In this document: one piece after another, positions 7,690 to 15,749 of the stretch
How positions within the stretch are numbered: position 1 is the stretch's first letter
Layout of the letters: each line of letters begins with the position of its first letter
From: Candidatus Iainarchaeum sp.
Lineage (GTDB): Archaea > Iainarchaeota > Iainarchaeia > Iainarchaeales > CSSED10-239
Direction: 5' to 3'
Length of the DNA: 32,000 bases
Assembly (NCBI GenBank): GCA_003559395.1
Contig: PWLL01000051.1
Location: 15,019-47,018 of the forward strand
Made by a program: the position numbers and the translations under genes
The notes under the pieces: generated by a model
What the model was told of the DNA's origin: nothing
Database searches by the model: none
The model's input: only the letters and a program-made list of their open reading frames with translations

Positions 7690-7982
7690 ATATTATCACA
7701 AATATTTATATTATATAAATAATAGAGTAGTAATGTTTTTTTATTATATGTTTTTTTGTAAAATGCCTGTTTTGTTAAAAATGTGATTATTTTTGTTTTT
7801 AAAAAGTCTTTTTTTTGTTTTTGTGTATTTTTTGCCTCTTTTTTTTAAAAATAAAGGTTTTAAACGCTTTTTTTTGTTTTTAGTTCGTTATTTACTCTTT
7901 ATTTTTGTTTTTTAAAATAATTTTTATAAATACGTCACGTATTTTTATTTTTTTAAAAAGAAAAAGTAAACTCTAAAAAAAT

Positions 7983-8249
7983 GTGAACACCAAAGCTTCG
8001 AAAAACAGGGTTGCTGACTATCAACCTCCGCATAATCTCGAACCCGCACTCCAAAAAGCAACAACCGGCTAACATACTGCTGCTCCTTTCCAGGCCTGGC
8101 AGGGTTAGATAGCGCGATCGTTCTCCTTGGACGAGTCGTCAGCAACTATGCAGAGAATAATCAAACATCTTATTTTCCTCAGCTTTAGTATAACTCCAGC
8201 ATATGCGGATTTCTGGTACAGGAGACCGCAAACTTCCCAGTCTGTTCAC
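7983..8249 (-). ncRNA. ffs: Signal recognition particle RNA (archaeal 7S-type), ~267 nt
   Basis: GC-rich island. The minus strand contains GCCAGGCCUGGAAAGGAGCAGCA (helix 8 GGAA loop and the SRP54-binding motif, as in the 4.5S core). 5' GUGAACA pairs with 3' UGUUCAC. GUUGCUGAC pairs with GUCAGCAAC (helix 5). Loop GCGG/CCGC complementarity in the Alu domain. TATA-like TTTTTAAACA ~26 nt upstream and a T-run downstream. Confidence 0.85.
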
Positions 8250-8406
8250 AATATAATTAATAAACGATATGTTTAAAAACCCTTTCGTAGATAATATTTA
8301 AAGAGAAAAAAATGTATTTTTTGAGTTATTATTTAAAATAAGCGTTTTTTAGGCTTCTTTTTATATAAACGCAGAAAAATACTTAAAAAAATTGAGGTGG
8401 TTTAAT

Positions 8407-9504
8407 TTGAAATCTATAGTACAAAAAGCAATTCATACTGAAAAAACATCCTCTTCTTTAGACTATGATACAAAAGAAGAAGGAGAATTTGCGGTACCAA
8501 AAATAATGGTAATAGGAATTGGTGGTGCAGGAAACAACTCTGTAAACAGAATCTGTGCAATGGGAGCTGCAGGAGCAGAACTAGTTGCAATAAATACTGA
8601 TAGACAACACTTAGGGATAATTTCAGACGATATAACAAAACTATTAATAGGAAAATCAGTAACTAATGGTTTAGGAGCTGGAGCATATCCAGAAATAGGA
8701 GCAAAAGCAGCAGAAGTATCTAAAGCAGCTTTAGAAGAAGTTTTAGATGGAGTAGACATGTTATTTATTACTGCTGGAATGGGTGGCGGAACAGGAACAG
8801 GAGCCTCACCAGTAATTGCACAAATAGCTAAACAACAAGGAGCAATCGTTGTTGCAATTGTTACATATCCTTTTGCTTTAGAAAGAGCAAGATTAATAAA
8901 AGCAGAAGAAGGAATTGATTTATTAAAAGATATTTGTGATACTGTTGTTGTTTTAGATAATAACAGACTAGTAGAATTAGTTCCAAACCTACCAATGCAA
9001 GACGCATTTAGAGTAGCTGACGAAGTAATTGCAAGAACTGTAAGAGGAATTACAGAAACAATTACAATTCCAAGTTTAATTAATCTAGACTATGCAGATA
9101 TTAGAACAGTCATGGGTGGAAAAGGACTAAGTGTTATTGCTGTTGGAGAATCTCAATCAGTAAACAAAATAGAAGAAGTTGTAGATGACACTTTGAAAAA
9201 CGCATTACTTGATGTTGATATAACAGGAGCAACAGGATGTTTAGTACACATAACAGGTGGAACAGAACTTACTTTAGGAGAAGCAAACGCTGTTGGTGAA
9301 ATGTTAACAGAACAAGTAGATTCTAACGCAGCAGTTATTTGGGCTGCAAGAATTGATCCTACCTTTGAAAACAAAATAGAAGTAATTGCTATTTTTACAG
9401 GAGTAAAATCTCCATTTATCAAAGGAAGTAAAAAGTTTACAGGTGGAAACAACCAAACCTTTTCTAAACAATATGATGACGACTTTGGTTTAGATGTATT
9501 ATAG
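8407..9504 (+). CDS. ftsZ: Cell division protein FtsZ
   Basis: GIGGAGNNSVNR and the tubulin signature AGMGGGTGTGASPVIA. Acidic C-terminal peptide DDDFGLDVL. Start chosen as TTG 8407, 6 nt after GAGGTGG. The track's upstream in-frame TTG at 8392 overlaps that SD. Confidence 0.93.
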   Translation: MKSIVQKAIHTEKTSSSLDYDTKEEGEFAVPKIMVIGIGGAGNNSVNRICAMGAAGAELVAINTDRQHLGIISDDITKLLIGKSVTNGLGAGAYPEIGAKAAEVSKAALEEVLDGVDMLFITAGMGGGTGTGASPVIAQIAKQQGAIVVAIVTYPFALERARLIKAEEGIDLLKDICDTVVVLDNNRLVELVPNLPMQDAFRVADEVIARTVRGITETITIPSLINLDYADIRTVMGGKGLSVIAVGESQSVNKIEEVVDDTLKNALLDVDITGATGCLVHITGGTELTLGEANAVGEMLTEQVDSNAAVIWAARIDPTFENKIEVIAIFTGVKSPFIKGSKKFTGGNNQTFSKQYDDDFGLDVL

Positions 9505-9578
9505 ATAAGAAGAAGAGTTTATGAAAATAAACCACCTTCTTTTTTTCTCTTTTTTTTTAAAATTATTCGTGAAAGATA

Positions 9579-10514
9579 ATGGTATTTACAAAAGACTTTT
9601 TATGGAAAAAAGACCTAAAAGTAAAAGAACTTGTAAATAATTATGAATCTGTTGGCTTTCAATCACATGAACTTTATAGAGCATCAGAACTTGTAAAAAA
9701 GATGAAAAAAAACGGAGCCAAGATCTACTTAAGCTTTACTTCAAATCTTGTAACAACAGGACTAAGAGGTTTTTTTGCACAAACTATAAAATATGGGTTG
9801 TGTGATGTTATTTGTACAACTGTTGGGTCAATAGAAGAAGATATAATGAAAGCTATAGGAGAAAAATTTACACTCGCATCATTTTATTCAGACGATCAAG
9901 AACTTTATGAAAAAGGAGAAAATAGAGTTGGAAATATTCTTGTTAAAAACGAAAGTTATCAAAATCTTGAAAGTTACATGCAAGAGATGTTAACAGAAAT
10001 ATATAAGATTAAGAAAAAATGGTCTGTATGTGAATTGTTAAAAGAAATCGGATTGAAGATAGATGATGAAAACTCATTCTTATATCAAGCAGCAAAAAAA
10101 GGAATTCCTGTTTTTTGTCCAGCAATAACAGATGGTTCCTTTGGGTTTGATCTTTATCTTTTTAAAAAAGAAAATCCTGAGTTTGAAATTGATGTTATAA
10201 AAGATTTTGAAGAAATAATATTTACTACTACACACGACGAAAAAAAAGGAATCATTGCTTTGGGTGGAGGAGTATCAAAACATCATGTGATATTAACAAC
10301 CCTTATAAATGGGGGTGCAGACTATGTTCTGTATATGACAACCGCAAGTCCACAATCAGGAAGCCTTTCAGGAGCAACCACACAAGAAGCAAAGTCTTGG
10401 GGAAAGATAAAAGATAATGCTGATGCTGTTAATGTTTTTGGAGATGTAACTATCACCTATCCGTTGATGATGATAAAAGTTTTAGAAGATCTTACAGAAG
10501 AAAAAACGATTTAG
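9579..10514 (+). CDS. dys: Deoxyhypusine synthase
   Basis: 311 aa. SFTSNLVTTGLRG, the GGGVSKHH motif and TTASPQSGSLSGA..QEAKSWGKI match the archaeal/eukaryotic DHS family as I recall it. Confidence 0.9.
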   Translation: MVFTKDFLWKKDLKVKELVNNYESVGFQSHELYRASELVKKMKKNGAKIYLSFTSNLVTTGLRGFFAQTIKYGLCDVICTTVGSIEEDIMKAIGEKFTLASFYSDDQELYEKGENRVGNILVKNESYQNLESYMQEMLTEIYKIKKKWSVCELLKEIGLKIDDENSFLYQAAKKGIPVFCPAITDGSFGFDLYLFKKENPEFEIDVIKDFEEIIFTTTHDEKKGIIALGGGVSKHHVILTTLINGGADYVLYMTTASPQSGSLSGATTQEAKSWGKIKDNADAVNVFGDVTITYPLMMIKVLEDLTEEKTI

Positions 10515-10611
10515 TTTTTGTTTGATTTGTTGGACAAATGAAAAACAAACTACCCAAAAATATATAAAATGATTGTAACATATAATTGTTTATAACTATT
10601 TACTTTTTTGT

Positions 10612-10685
10612 GCCTCGGTAGCTTAGTGGTCTAAAGCGCTAGACTCATAATCTAGAGATCGAGAGTTCAAATCTCTCTCGAGGCA
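10612..10685 (+). tRNA. tRNA with anticodon CAT (elongator Met, or Ile2 if C34 is modified); not initiator-like
   Basis: Acceptor GCCTCGG/TCGAGGC. D arm GCTT-AGTGGTCTA-AAGC. Anticodon stem CTAGA/TCTAG with loop CT-CAT-AA. T arm GAGAG-TTCAAAT-CTCTC. Lacks the three G-C pairs of an initiator anticodon stem. Confidence 0.9.
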
Positions 10686-10731
10686 TTCTATTTTTAAACA
10701 TAATCAATAGTAAATATATTAGGTGAAATAT

Positions 10732-10941
10732 ATGAAATTATCTGCAATAATAACAAAAGAAGATAAGATTTATGTTGCATATTGTCTAGAACTTAATGTC
10801 GTTAGTCAAGGTACTAATGAAAAAAGAGCACTTGCAAATCTTAAAGAAGCAGTGGAACTATTTTTAGAAGATGAAGATGTAAAAAAAGTAATTAAAAATA
10901 TATTTCCTGCAAAAATGTATTCATTAGAAATTCCTGCATAG
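10732..10941 (+). CDS. hicB: HicB-like antitoxin (short UPF0150-type)
   Basis: MKLSAIITKEDKIYVAYCLELNVVSQGTNEKRALANLKEAVELFLED is typical of short HicB proteins. AGGTGA lies 5 nt before ATG 10732; the track's GTG at 10723 sits inside that SD. Directly precedes hicA. Confidence 0.7.
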   Translation: MKLSAIITKEDKIYVAYCLELNVVSQGTNEKRALANLKEAVELFLEDEDVKKVIKNIFPAKMYSLEIPA

Positions 10942-10952
10942 GAGATTTATAA

Positions 10953-11174
10953 ATGAGTAAATTTCCAATTCTTTCTGGTAAAGAACTAATAAAAATATTA
11001 GAAAAGAAAAACTTTAAGGTTGTTGGAAAAAAAGGAAGTCATGTTAGATTAAAAAAAATAACTAAAGATAGAATATATATTACTGTAGTACCATTACATC
11101 AAAGAATATCTCCTGGTACTTTATTAGCTATTTTAAAGCAAACAAACTTAAGTAAAGATGAGTTATTTGATTAA
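10953..11174 (+). CDS. hicA: HicA-family mRNA interferase toxin
   Basis: LSGKELIKILEKKNFKVVGKKGSHVRLKK matches the HicA/YcfA signature (G.E..K.L...GF......GSH). GGAG SD. 73 aa. Confidence 0.8.
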   Translation: MSKFPILSGKELIKILEKKNFKVVGKKGSHVRLKKITKDRIYITVVPLHQRISPGTLLAILKQTNLSKDELFD

Positions 11175-11175
11175 T

Positions 11176-11937
11176 ATGGATAAAGAAGTTGAAACATTCT
11201 ATAATAAGATTGCAGATAGTTACTCTGATCATGATGATAGGGTGTGTGATAAGATTATAGAACATTTTATGTTAAAAAACATTCCTAAAAAAAAACTAAA
11301 CATATTAGATGCTGGTGCAGGAATTGGCAGATTTTCAAAACCATTATTAAAACTAGGTCATAAAGTTGTTTTGTCAGATATATCTTTAAAAATGCTAAAT
11401 AAAGCAAAAAATAATCTTAAAGAATATTCAAATGCAGAGTTTATTAAAAATTCAGTTGTTGATATGTCTCAATTTAAAGATAATTCTTTTGATGTTGTAA
11501 TTATGATGAATGCAATCTTAGATTACTGTTAAGATTATAAAAAAGCTATGAAAGAAACATACAAAGTTCTTAAAAAAAACGGTATATTTATAGGTACTGT
11601 AAATAATAGGTTAATTTATTGTAAAAATCATGAACTAATAGAAGAAAATTATGAACTTTTCTTAAAAAATATGAAGACAGGAAATAGATATATTGTATGG
11701 AAAGGTCAAAAGAAAGGACACACAAGCCATGAGTTTACTTTAGAAGAATTAAAAAAATCTCTTTTAAGTAAAAAATTCAAAATTAAAAAGATTTTAGGAA
11801 TATATAATCTTTTAGGAAAATATGAAATGAACGATCTAAAAGATAAACAAAAATTTATTCAATTACAAATAAAGTTTGCAGAAAAAAAAGAATATTTAAA
11901 CAATTCTCAAGATTTCTTTTTTATTGCTCAAAAATAA
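11176..11937 (+). pseudogene. Class I SAM-dependent methyltransferase interrupted by one in-frame TAA (11530-11532)
   Basis: Track ORFs 11158-11532 and 11548-11937 are in the same frame. Motif I is ILDAGAGIGRF. The stop falls inside the conserved block FDVVIMMNAILDYC*DYKKAMKETYKVLKKNGIF. Confidence 0.7.
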
Positions 11938-11972
11938 TAATTTTATAAAGTATTTATTTATTATGGCATATC

Positions 11973-12022
11973 CATAATATGGAGATCGAGAGTTCAAATC
12001 TCTCTCGATGCATTCTATTTTT
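11973..12022 (+). repeat. Direct repeat: copy of the tRNA-CAT 3' half plus ~10 nt of downstream flank
   Basis: CATAATatgGAGATCGAGAGTTCAAATCTCTCTCGAtGCATTCTATTTTT versus 10646-10695 CATAATctaGAGATCGAGAGTTCAAATCTCTCTCGAgGCATTCTATTTTT. Four mismatches. Confidence 0.9.
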
Positions 12023-12117
12023 TATAAATAAATAGTTTATTAATACAAACGTATTAAATAATCTAATAAAGTGTTATTTTATAAATTTATTGAGACTAAT
12101 ATATATTTGTGATAAAT

Positions 12118-12312
12118 ATGAATGTAAAAGAATCTTTAATAAAAGAAATTAATAAAGCTCCTGAGCCAATACTTGAAGAAATATTAAATTATACCATGTA
12201 TCTAAAAATTAAAGTTAATCTACTTAATACAAATAAACCAAACACTTACGAATCTGCTTTTGCAAAAGATTGGCTTACAAAAGAGGAAGATGAAGCATGG
12301 AAAAATTTATAG
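12118..12312 (+). CDS. Putative antitoxin (DUF2281-like) paired with the downstream MazF/PemK toxin
   Basis: Small acidic protein. KESLIKEINKAPEPILEEILNYTMYLK resembles DUF2281 antitoxins. It overlaps the toxin gene by 16 nt. ATG 12118 is preferred over the track's GTG 12109. Confidence 0.55.
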   Translation: MNVKESLIKEINKAPEPILEEILNYTMYLKIKVNLLNTNKPNTYESAFAKDWLTKEEDEAWKNL

Positions 12313-12599
12313 AAGGAGACATTGTTGTTGTTCCTTTTCCTTTTTCTGATTTAAAAAACTTTAAAAAAAGACCTGCTTTAGTTCTTTCAACCTTAGATGG
12401 AGAAGATGTAATTATACTTCAAATAACTTCTCAAAACAGATTAGATAAATATACAATAACTATTAAAAAAGAAGATTTTGAAGAAGGCAAATTAGATATA
12501 GATAGTTTTGTTAGATGTGATAGAATATATACAATTGATAAAAATGTTGTAATATATAAGATAGGCACATTAAAAAATATAAAATTTAATATTATTTAA
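12297..12599 (+). CDS. PemK/MazF-family type II toxin (endoribonuclease)
   Basis: GDIVVVPFPFSDLKNFKKRPALVLS...DVIILQITSQ is the canonical MazF/PemK N-terminal signature. 100 aa. Confidence 0.8.
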   Translation: MEKFIEGDIVVVPFPFSDLKNFKKRPALVLSTLDGEDVIILQITSQNRLDKYTITIKKEDFEEGKLDIDSFVRCDRIYTIDKNVVIYKIGTLKNIKFNII

Positions 12600-12647
12600 A
12601 ATAAAGTATTAGACATATTAAAATAAAAATTTATTTAGAAATTATTT

Positions 12648-12678
12648 GTTCAAATCTCTCTCGAGGCATTTTATTTTT
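12648..12678 (+). repeat. Direct repeat: copy of the last ~19 nt of tRNA-CAT plus downstream flank
   Basis: GTTCAAATCTCTCTCGAGGCATTtTATTTTT versus tRNA locus GTTCAAATCTCTCTCGAGGCATTcTATTTTT. One mismatch in 31 nt. Confidence 0.9.
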
Positions 12679-12706
12679 AGTAATATTTTTATGATATTAT
12701 TTAAAA

Positions 12707-13312
12707 TCAGATAAGATGTTTACTACAATTAAATATATGCATTTTATGATTTTTATCTTTATCAATTTCAAATATACTTATACTTGCATTATCTAATCTA
12801 GGCTCAGGAATTATAATTGTAGAATCTTTATAATTTGTTTTTTCTTTTATTACAAAATGAATAACTTGATTTATACCATAATGCCCAATTATTAAAATTG
12901 TGTCTGAAGATTTATGTTTTTTAATTATTTTTTTAATAAACTTATTTGCTCTATTATAAAGTTCTTTTAGTGGTTCTCCATTAACCATATCTTCTTTAAT
13001 TATTGATGTGCTTTCTAAAAGATTAAGTTGTTTTTTTGTTTTTCTTTGCCAAATCCCTAAATTTCTTTCTCTAAGTTCTTTAGTAATCTCTATAGGTGTG
13101 TTTATGTGATATTTTGAAATTTCCCTTGTGGTATCTGATGCTCTTTTAAGATCACTAGAATAAATATAATCTATTTTTTCATATTTTAATCTTTCTGAAA
13201 GTTTTATTGCTTGATTAATTCCTAATTCTGAAAGATTTCCTTGTAATTGCCCTTGCATAATTTTTTTCTTGTTTTCTATGGTTTGTCCATGTCTAGTAAT
13301 TATTATTTTCAT
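12707..13312 (-). CDS. Histidine phosphatase family protein (phosphoglycerate mutase-like)
   Basis: N-terminal IIITRHGQT (RHG catalytic motif), SSDLKRASDT, and a second His in LIIGHYGIN. Confidence 0.8.
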   Translation of the reverse strand: MKIIITRHGQTIENKKKIMQGQLQGNLSELGINQAIKLSERLKYEKIDYIYSSDLKRASDTTREISKYHINTPIEITKELRERNLGIWQRKTKKQLNLLESTSIIKEDMVNGEPLKELYNRANKFIKKIIKKHKSSDTILIIGHYGINQVIHFVIKEKTNYKDSTIIIPEPRLDNASISIFEIDKDKNHKMHIFNCSKHLI

Positions 13313-13568
13313 AAATAACTTAAGAATAAACTATAATAAATAATTAATGTTTTTAATAACATTTTTTCATTAATAATAATTTTTAAATAAGCTATATATT
13401 ATCTATTTAATATTTATGAAAAAGAAGAAAACAAATAAGAAAAAAACAAAGAAATAATTTCCTTTTTCTCTTTTATTTTCTGTTTATAAACTATTTGTTA
13501 CTATATATTATATATTAATATACAAATATGGTATATCAAAAACAACTTACAAAAAGGAAAAGATAAAT

Positions 13569-14852
13569 ATGACTAATTCTAATAATAGCTTTACTAGCTT
13601 AATTAATGATGAAAAAGTTTTGTCTGCTATAAGAGACATAGGAATAGACACACCAACAGAAATACAAATAAAAACAATGCCTTTAATAATAAAAGGCCAA
13701 AACATTATTGCACAATCAGCAACTGGCACAGGAAAAACAATTGCTTTTTTATCTGCAATCTTGTCTATGATGAACAAACAAAAAAAAGTGCAATTTTTAA
13801 TAATTGTACCAACAAGAGAACTTGCAAATCAAGTATTTTTAGAAACAAAAAAACTTCTAAAATATAAGGATTTTAGCGCTTGTGTTATATTTGGTGGTAC
13901 CTCTATAGGTCTTCAAGCAAAACAATTAAGAAATGCTGATGTGGTTATAGGAACGCCTGGAAGACTAATAGATCAATTTGAAAGAAACAATTTAAAATTA
14001 GACTCTGTTAAATATTTAGTACTTGACGAAGCCGATAGAATGTGTGATATGGGGTTTTTTAAAGAAATGGTGAAAATTATAGACAAAACACCTAAATCAA
14101 GACAAACCCTATTATATTCAGCAACAATTAATAAAGATGTTTCAGCACTTGAAAAAAAATATTTGTCCTCAGCAAAAAAGATTATCATAGAAACAAAAGT
14201 GGACCCGAATAATCTTCTACAAGAATATTATGTAGTTAAAAAAAAACAAAAATTTGCTTTGCTTTTACATCTTCTTAAAAAAAACTCTCAAAAGTCAATT
14301 GTATTTAGTAATACTAAAAGTTTTGTTGATTTAATATATGATAATCTAAAAATTAAAAACGTTGATTGTTATAAACTACATGGTGGACTAGAACAAAGAA
14401 AAAGAACAAACACTATTGCAAAATATCATACACACAAAGATGCAGTCTTGATATCAAGTGATGTTTCTTCAAGAGGAATTCATGTTGATGATCTTGATTG
14501 TATTTATAATTATGATATCCCTAGAGAAGAACTACAATACGTACACAGAATAGGAAGAACAGCAAGAGCAGGTAAAAAAGGAAAAGCAATTGCAATAATT
14601 TCAGAAAAAGAAGAAGAAAAATTTAAAAGAATGTGTAAAAGATTAAAATATGTTGTTGTAAAAAAAACAACGCCTGAAATAAATTTGGTAAGTATGGAAA
14701 AAATAGAAAAACCAGATTTGTTTAGCAATAATAAAAAAAAGTGTTCTAATCAAAGAACTTCTAAAAGGTTTTCTAATCAAAGAACTTCTGATTTTATAAA
14801 AAATAGAACCAATAGAAGATCTAGAAATAAAAATAGACCTAGAAAAAAGTAA
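13569..14852 (+). CDS. DEAD-box ATP-dependent RNA helicase with a basic C-terminal tail
   Basis: Motifs AQSATGTGKT (I), PTRELA (Ia), TPGRL, VLDEADRM (II), SAT (III), HRIGRTARAG (VI). Arg/Lys/Asn-rich C-terminus. Confidence 0.95.
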   Translation: MTNSNNSFTSLINDEKVLSAIRDIGIDTPTEIQIKTMPLIIKGQNIIAQSATGTGKTIAFLSAILSMMNKQKKVQFLIIVPTRELANQVFLETKKLLKYKDFSACVIFGGTSIGLQAKQLRNADVVIGTPGRLIDQFERNNLKLDSVKYLVLDEADRMCDMGFFKEMVKIIDKTPKSRQTLLYSATINKDVSALEKKYLSSAKKIIIETKVDPNNLLQEYYVVKKKQKFALLLHLLKKNSQKSIVFSNTKSFVDLIYDNLKIKNVDCYKLHGGLEQRKRTNTIAKYHTHKDAVLISSDVSSRGIHVDDLDCIYNYDIPREELQYVHRIGRTARAGKKGKAIAIISEKEEEKFKRMCKRLKYVVVKKTTPEINLVSMEKIEKPDLFSNNKKKCSNQRTSKRFSNQRTSDFIKNRTNRRSRNKNRPRKK

Positions 14853-14891
14853 GATTGAGTTATTTATTATCTAACAAAAAGCCTTTTTTCA

Positions 14892-15653
14892 TTAATCTAA
14901 TAAAAAGTTTTTCTTTAACAATCTAACAAACTCATACTTTGCTTGAACATATTCTTCCAAAAGATCATAAAGATATTTTTTACTAACTTCATAATTAGGA
15001 TATAAAAAACTTTTGACTTTATATTGATGTGCTCTAAAAGGAAGATAATAAAGCCCACCTAAAAAAATGTTTTTAAAAACATTTCTTTTAGATGCGTGAA
15101 CATAACTTGTAAAAACAGTTTTTCTAAATAAAGTGTTACATACAAATTTAAAAAATATTTTTCTTAATCTTGTAACTTTATATTTTATTTTATATTTTTT
15201 CTGATCTTTAAAATAATATCTTTCAATTACTCTATCAATTAGTGTGTTTTGTTGTTTTCCAACAATTATTTTTTCTTGAACTGAAGTTTTTGCTTGTAAA
15301 TAAAATTCTAAGACCATATGTTCTACTTGATCATACATTTTATATTTTTTAAGATAGCCGTGAATGTATTTATCTAAAACAAAATGAGAAATAAAACCAA
15401 TGGCAAAAGATTTTTCTTTGTTGTTTACTGCATTCTTTAATAATTGTTTTCCAAAAACAATTCCAAAATTAAGATCATAAAGACCATGAAGATACCAAGA
15501 AAGGTTGTTTTTGTTTGGAAAAATATTTACATAAAAAATGTCTGGATATACAGCCCCATAACAAAGCTGTTCTAGATCTAAACCTTTAAAATGTTTTTGA
15601 TTTTCTAAATATATTTCTTTTATAAAACTTATATGATTTTGTTGTGTTGCCAT
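14892..15653 (-). CDS. Hypothetical protein, possibly zinc-dependent phospholipase C-like fold
   Basis: Pattern NHISF...YGAVYPDIFY...WYLHG...AIGFISHFVLDKYIHGY resembles the H...G..PD...H...G..sH..lD..H layout of Zn-dependent PLC-family proteins. From memory only. Confidence 0.4.
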   Translation of the reverse strand: MATQQNHISFIKEIYLENQKHFKGLDLEQLCYGAVYPDIFYVNIFPNKNNLSWYLHGLYDLNFGIVFGKQLLKNAVNNKEKSFAIGFISHFVLDKYIHGYLKKYKMYDQVEHMVLEFYLQAKTSVQEKIIVGKQQNTLIDRVIERYYFKDQKKYKIKYKVTRLRKIFFKFVCNTLFRKTVFTSYVHASKRNVFKNIFLGGLYYLPFRAHQYKVKSFLYPNYEVSKKYLYDLLEEYVQAKYEFVRLLKKNFLLD

Positions 15654-15749
15654 ATTTTATCTTGTTTTTATGTTTTTTATTAATAATATATATGGATTAA
15701 TCATTTTATAAATCTTCCTTTTTTTAAACAATAAAAAAATTGCTTGTTT

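Larger units (their letters stand above)
10686..12678. mobile_element. Putative remnant of two tandem tRNA-targeted insertions (cassette A 10686-12022, cassette B 12023-12678); no integrase present
   Basis: The region is bounded and subdivided by direct repeats of the tRNA-CAT 3' end (11973-12022 and 12648-12678). Cargo is toxin-antitoxin pairs and a decayed methyltransferase. Confidence 0.5.

Noticed and set aside
7502-7786. 94-aa plus-strand ORF crossing the thrS start
   Set aside because: It is mostly antisense to thrS and runs into the T-rich spacer. It has no SD and a Phe/Ile/Ser-rich junk translation.
7690-7982. T-rich spacer with four TTTTTGTTTTT copies, with similar stretches at 31620-31790; considered as a repeat array, CRISPR or hidden gene
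   Set aside because: There is no fixed period and there are no unique spacers, ORFs or foldable GC-rich core. It looks like low-complexity promoter/terminator DNA between the SRP RNA and thrS. The ACGT-containing palindrome TACGTCACGTA (7931-7941) and the ACGTG/TACGTA sites near 31668-31713 were noted. They are too short to interpret.
7945-8145. 66-aa minus-strand ORF in the track
   Set aside because: It lies entirely within the GC-rich SRP RNA gene. It has no SD and an Arg/Pro-rich composition unlike any other protein here. It is an artefact of the RNA gene.
8414-9452. Three antisense ORFs inside ftsZ (8414-8638, 8463-8759, 9153-9452)
   Set aside because: These are shadow ORFs opposite a highly conserved gene. 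They have no RBS and low-complexity or Leu/Ser/Pro-rich translations.
10517-10552. Imperfect A/T-rich hairpin after dys (TTTGTTTGATTTGT-TGG-ACAAATGAAAAACAAA)
   Set aside because: The stem is interrupted and made of weak pairs. It could help termination but is not distinguishable from chance in this composition.
11530-11532. TAA reassignment or alternative genetic code
   Set aside because: TAA, TAG and TGA all terminate conserved genes at the expected positions in this window (rpo genes, ribosomal proteins, ftsZ, dys). A single interrupted accessory gene is better explained as a nonsense mutation.
11973-12013. Possible Nanoarchaeum-style split-tRNA 3' half gene
   Set aside because: It is nearly identical to the 3' half of the intact tRNA-CAT 1.3 kb upstream. 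It also copies the 10 nt that follow the tRNA. It lacks a GC-rich complementary leader, and no matching 5' half (GCATCGA...) was seen in the window. An att-type duplication explains it better. A genome-wide search for a 5' half would settle it.
13416-13457. Mini-ORF MKKKKTNKKKTKK in the divergent spacer
   Set aside because: It has no SD, and A-rich spacers generate such ORFs by chance. There is no evidence for a leader-peptide role.
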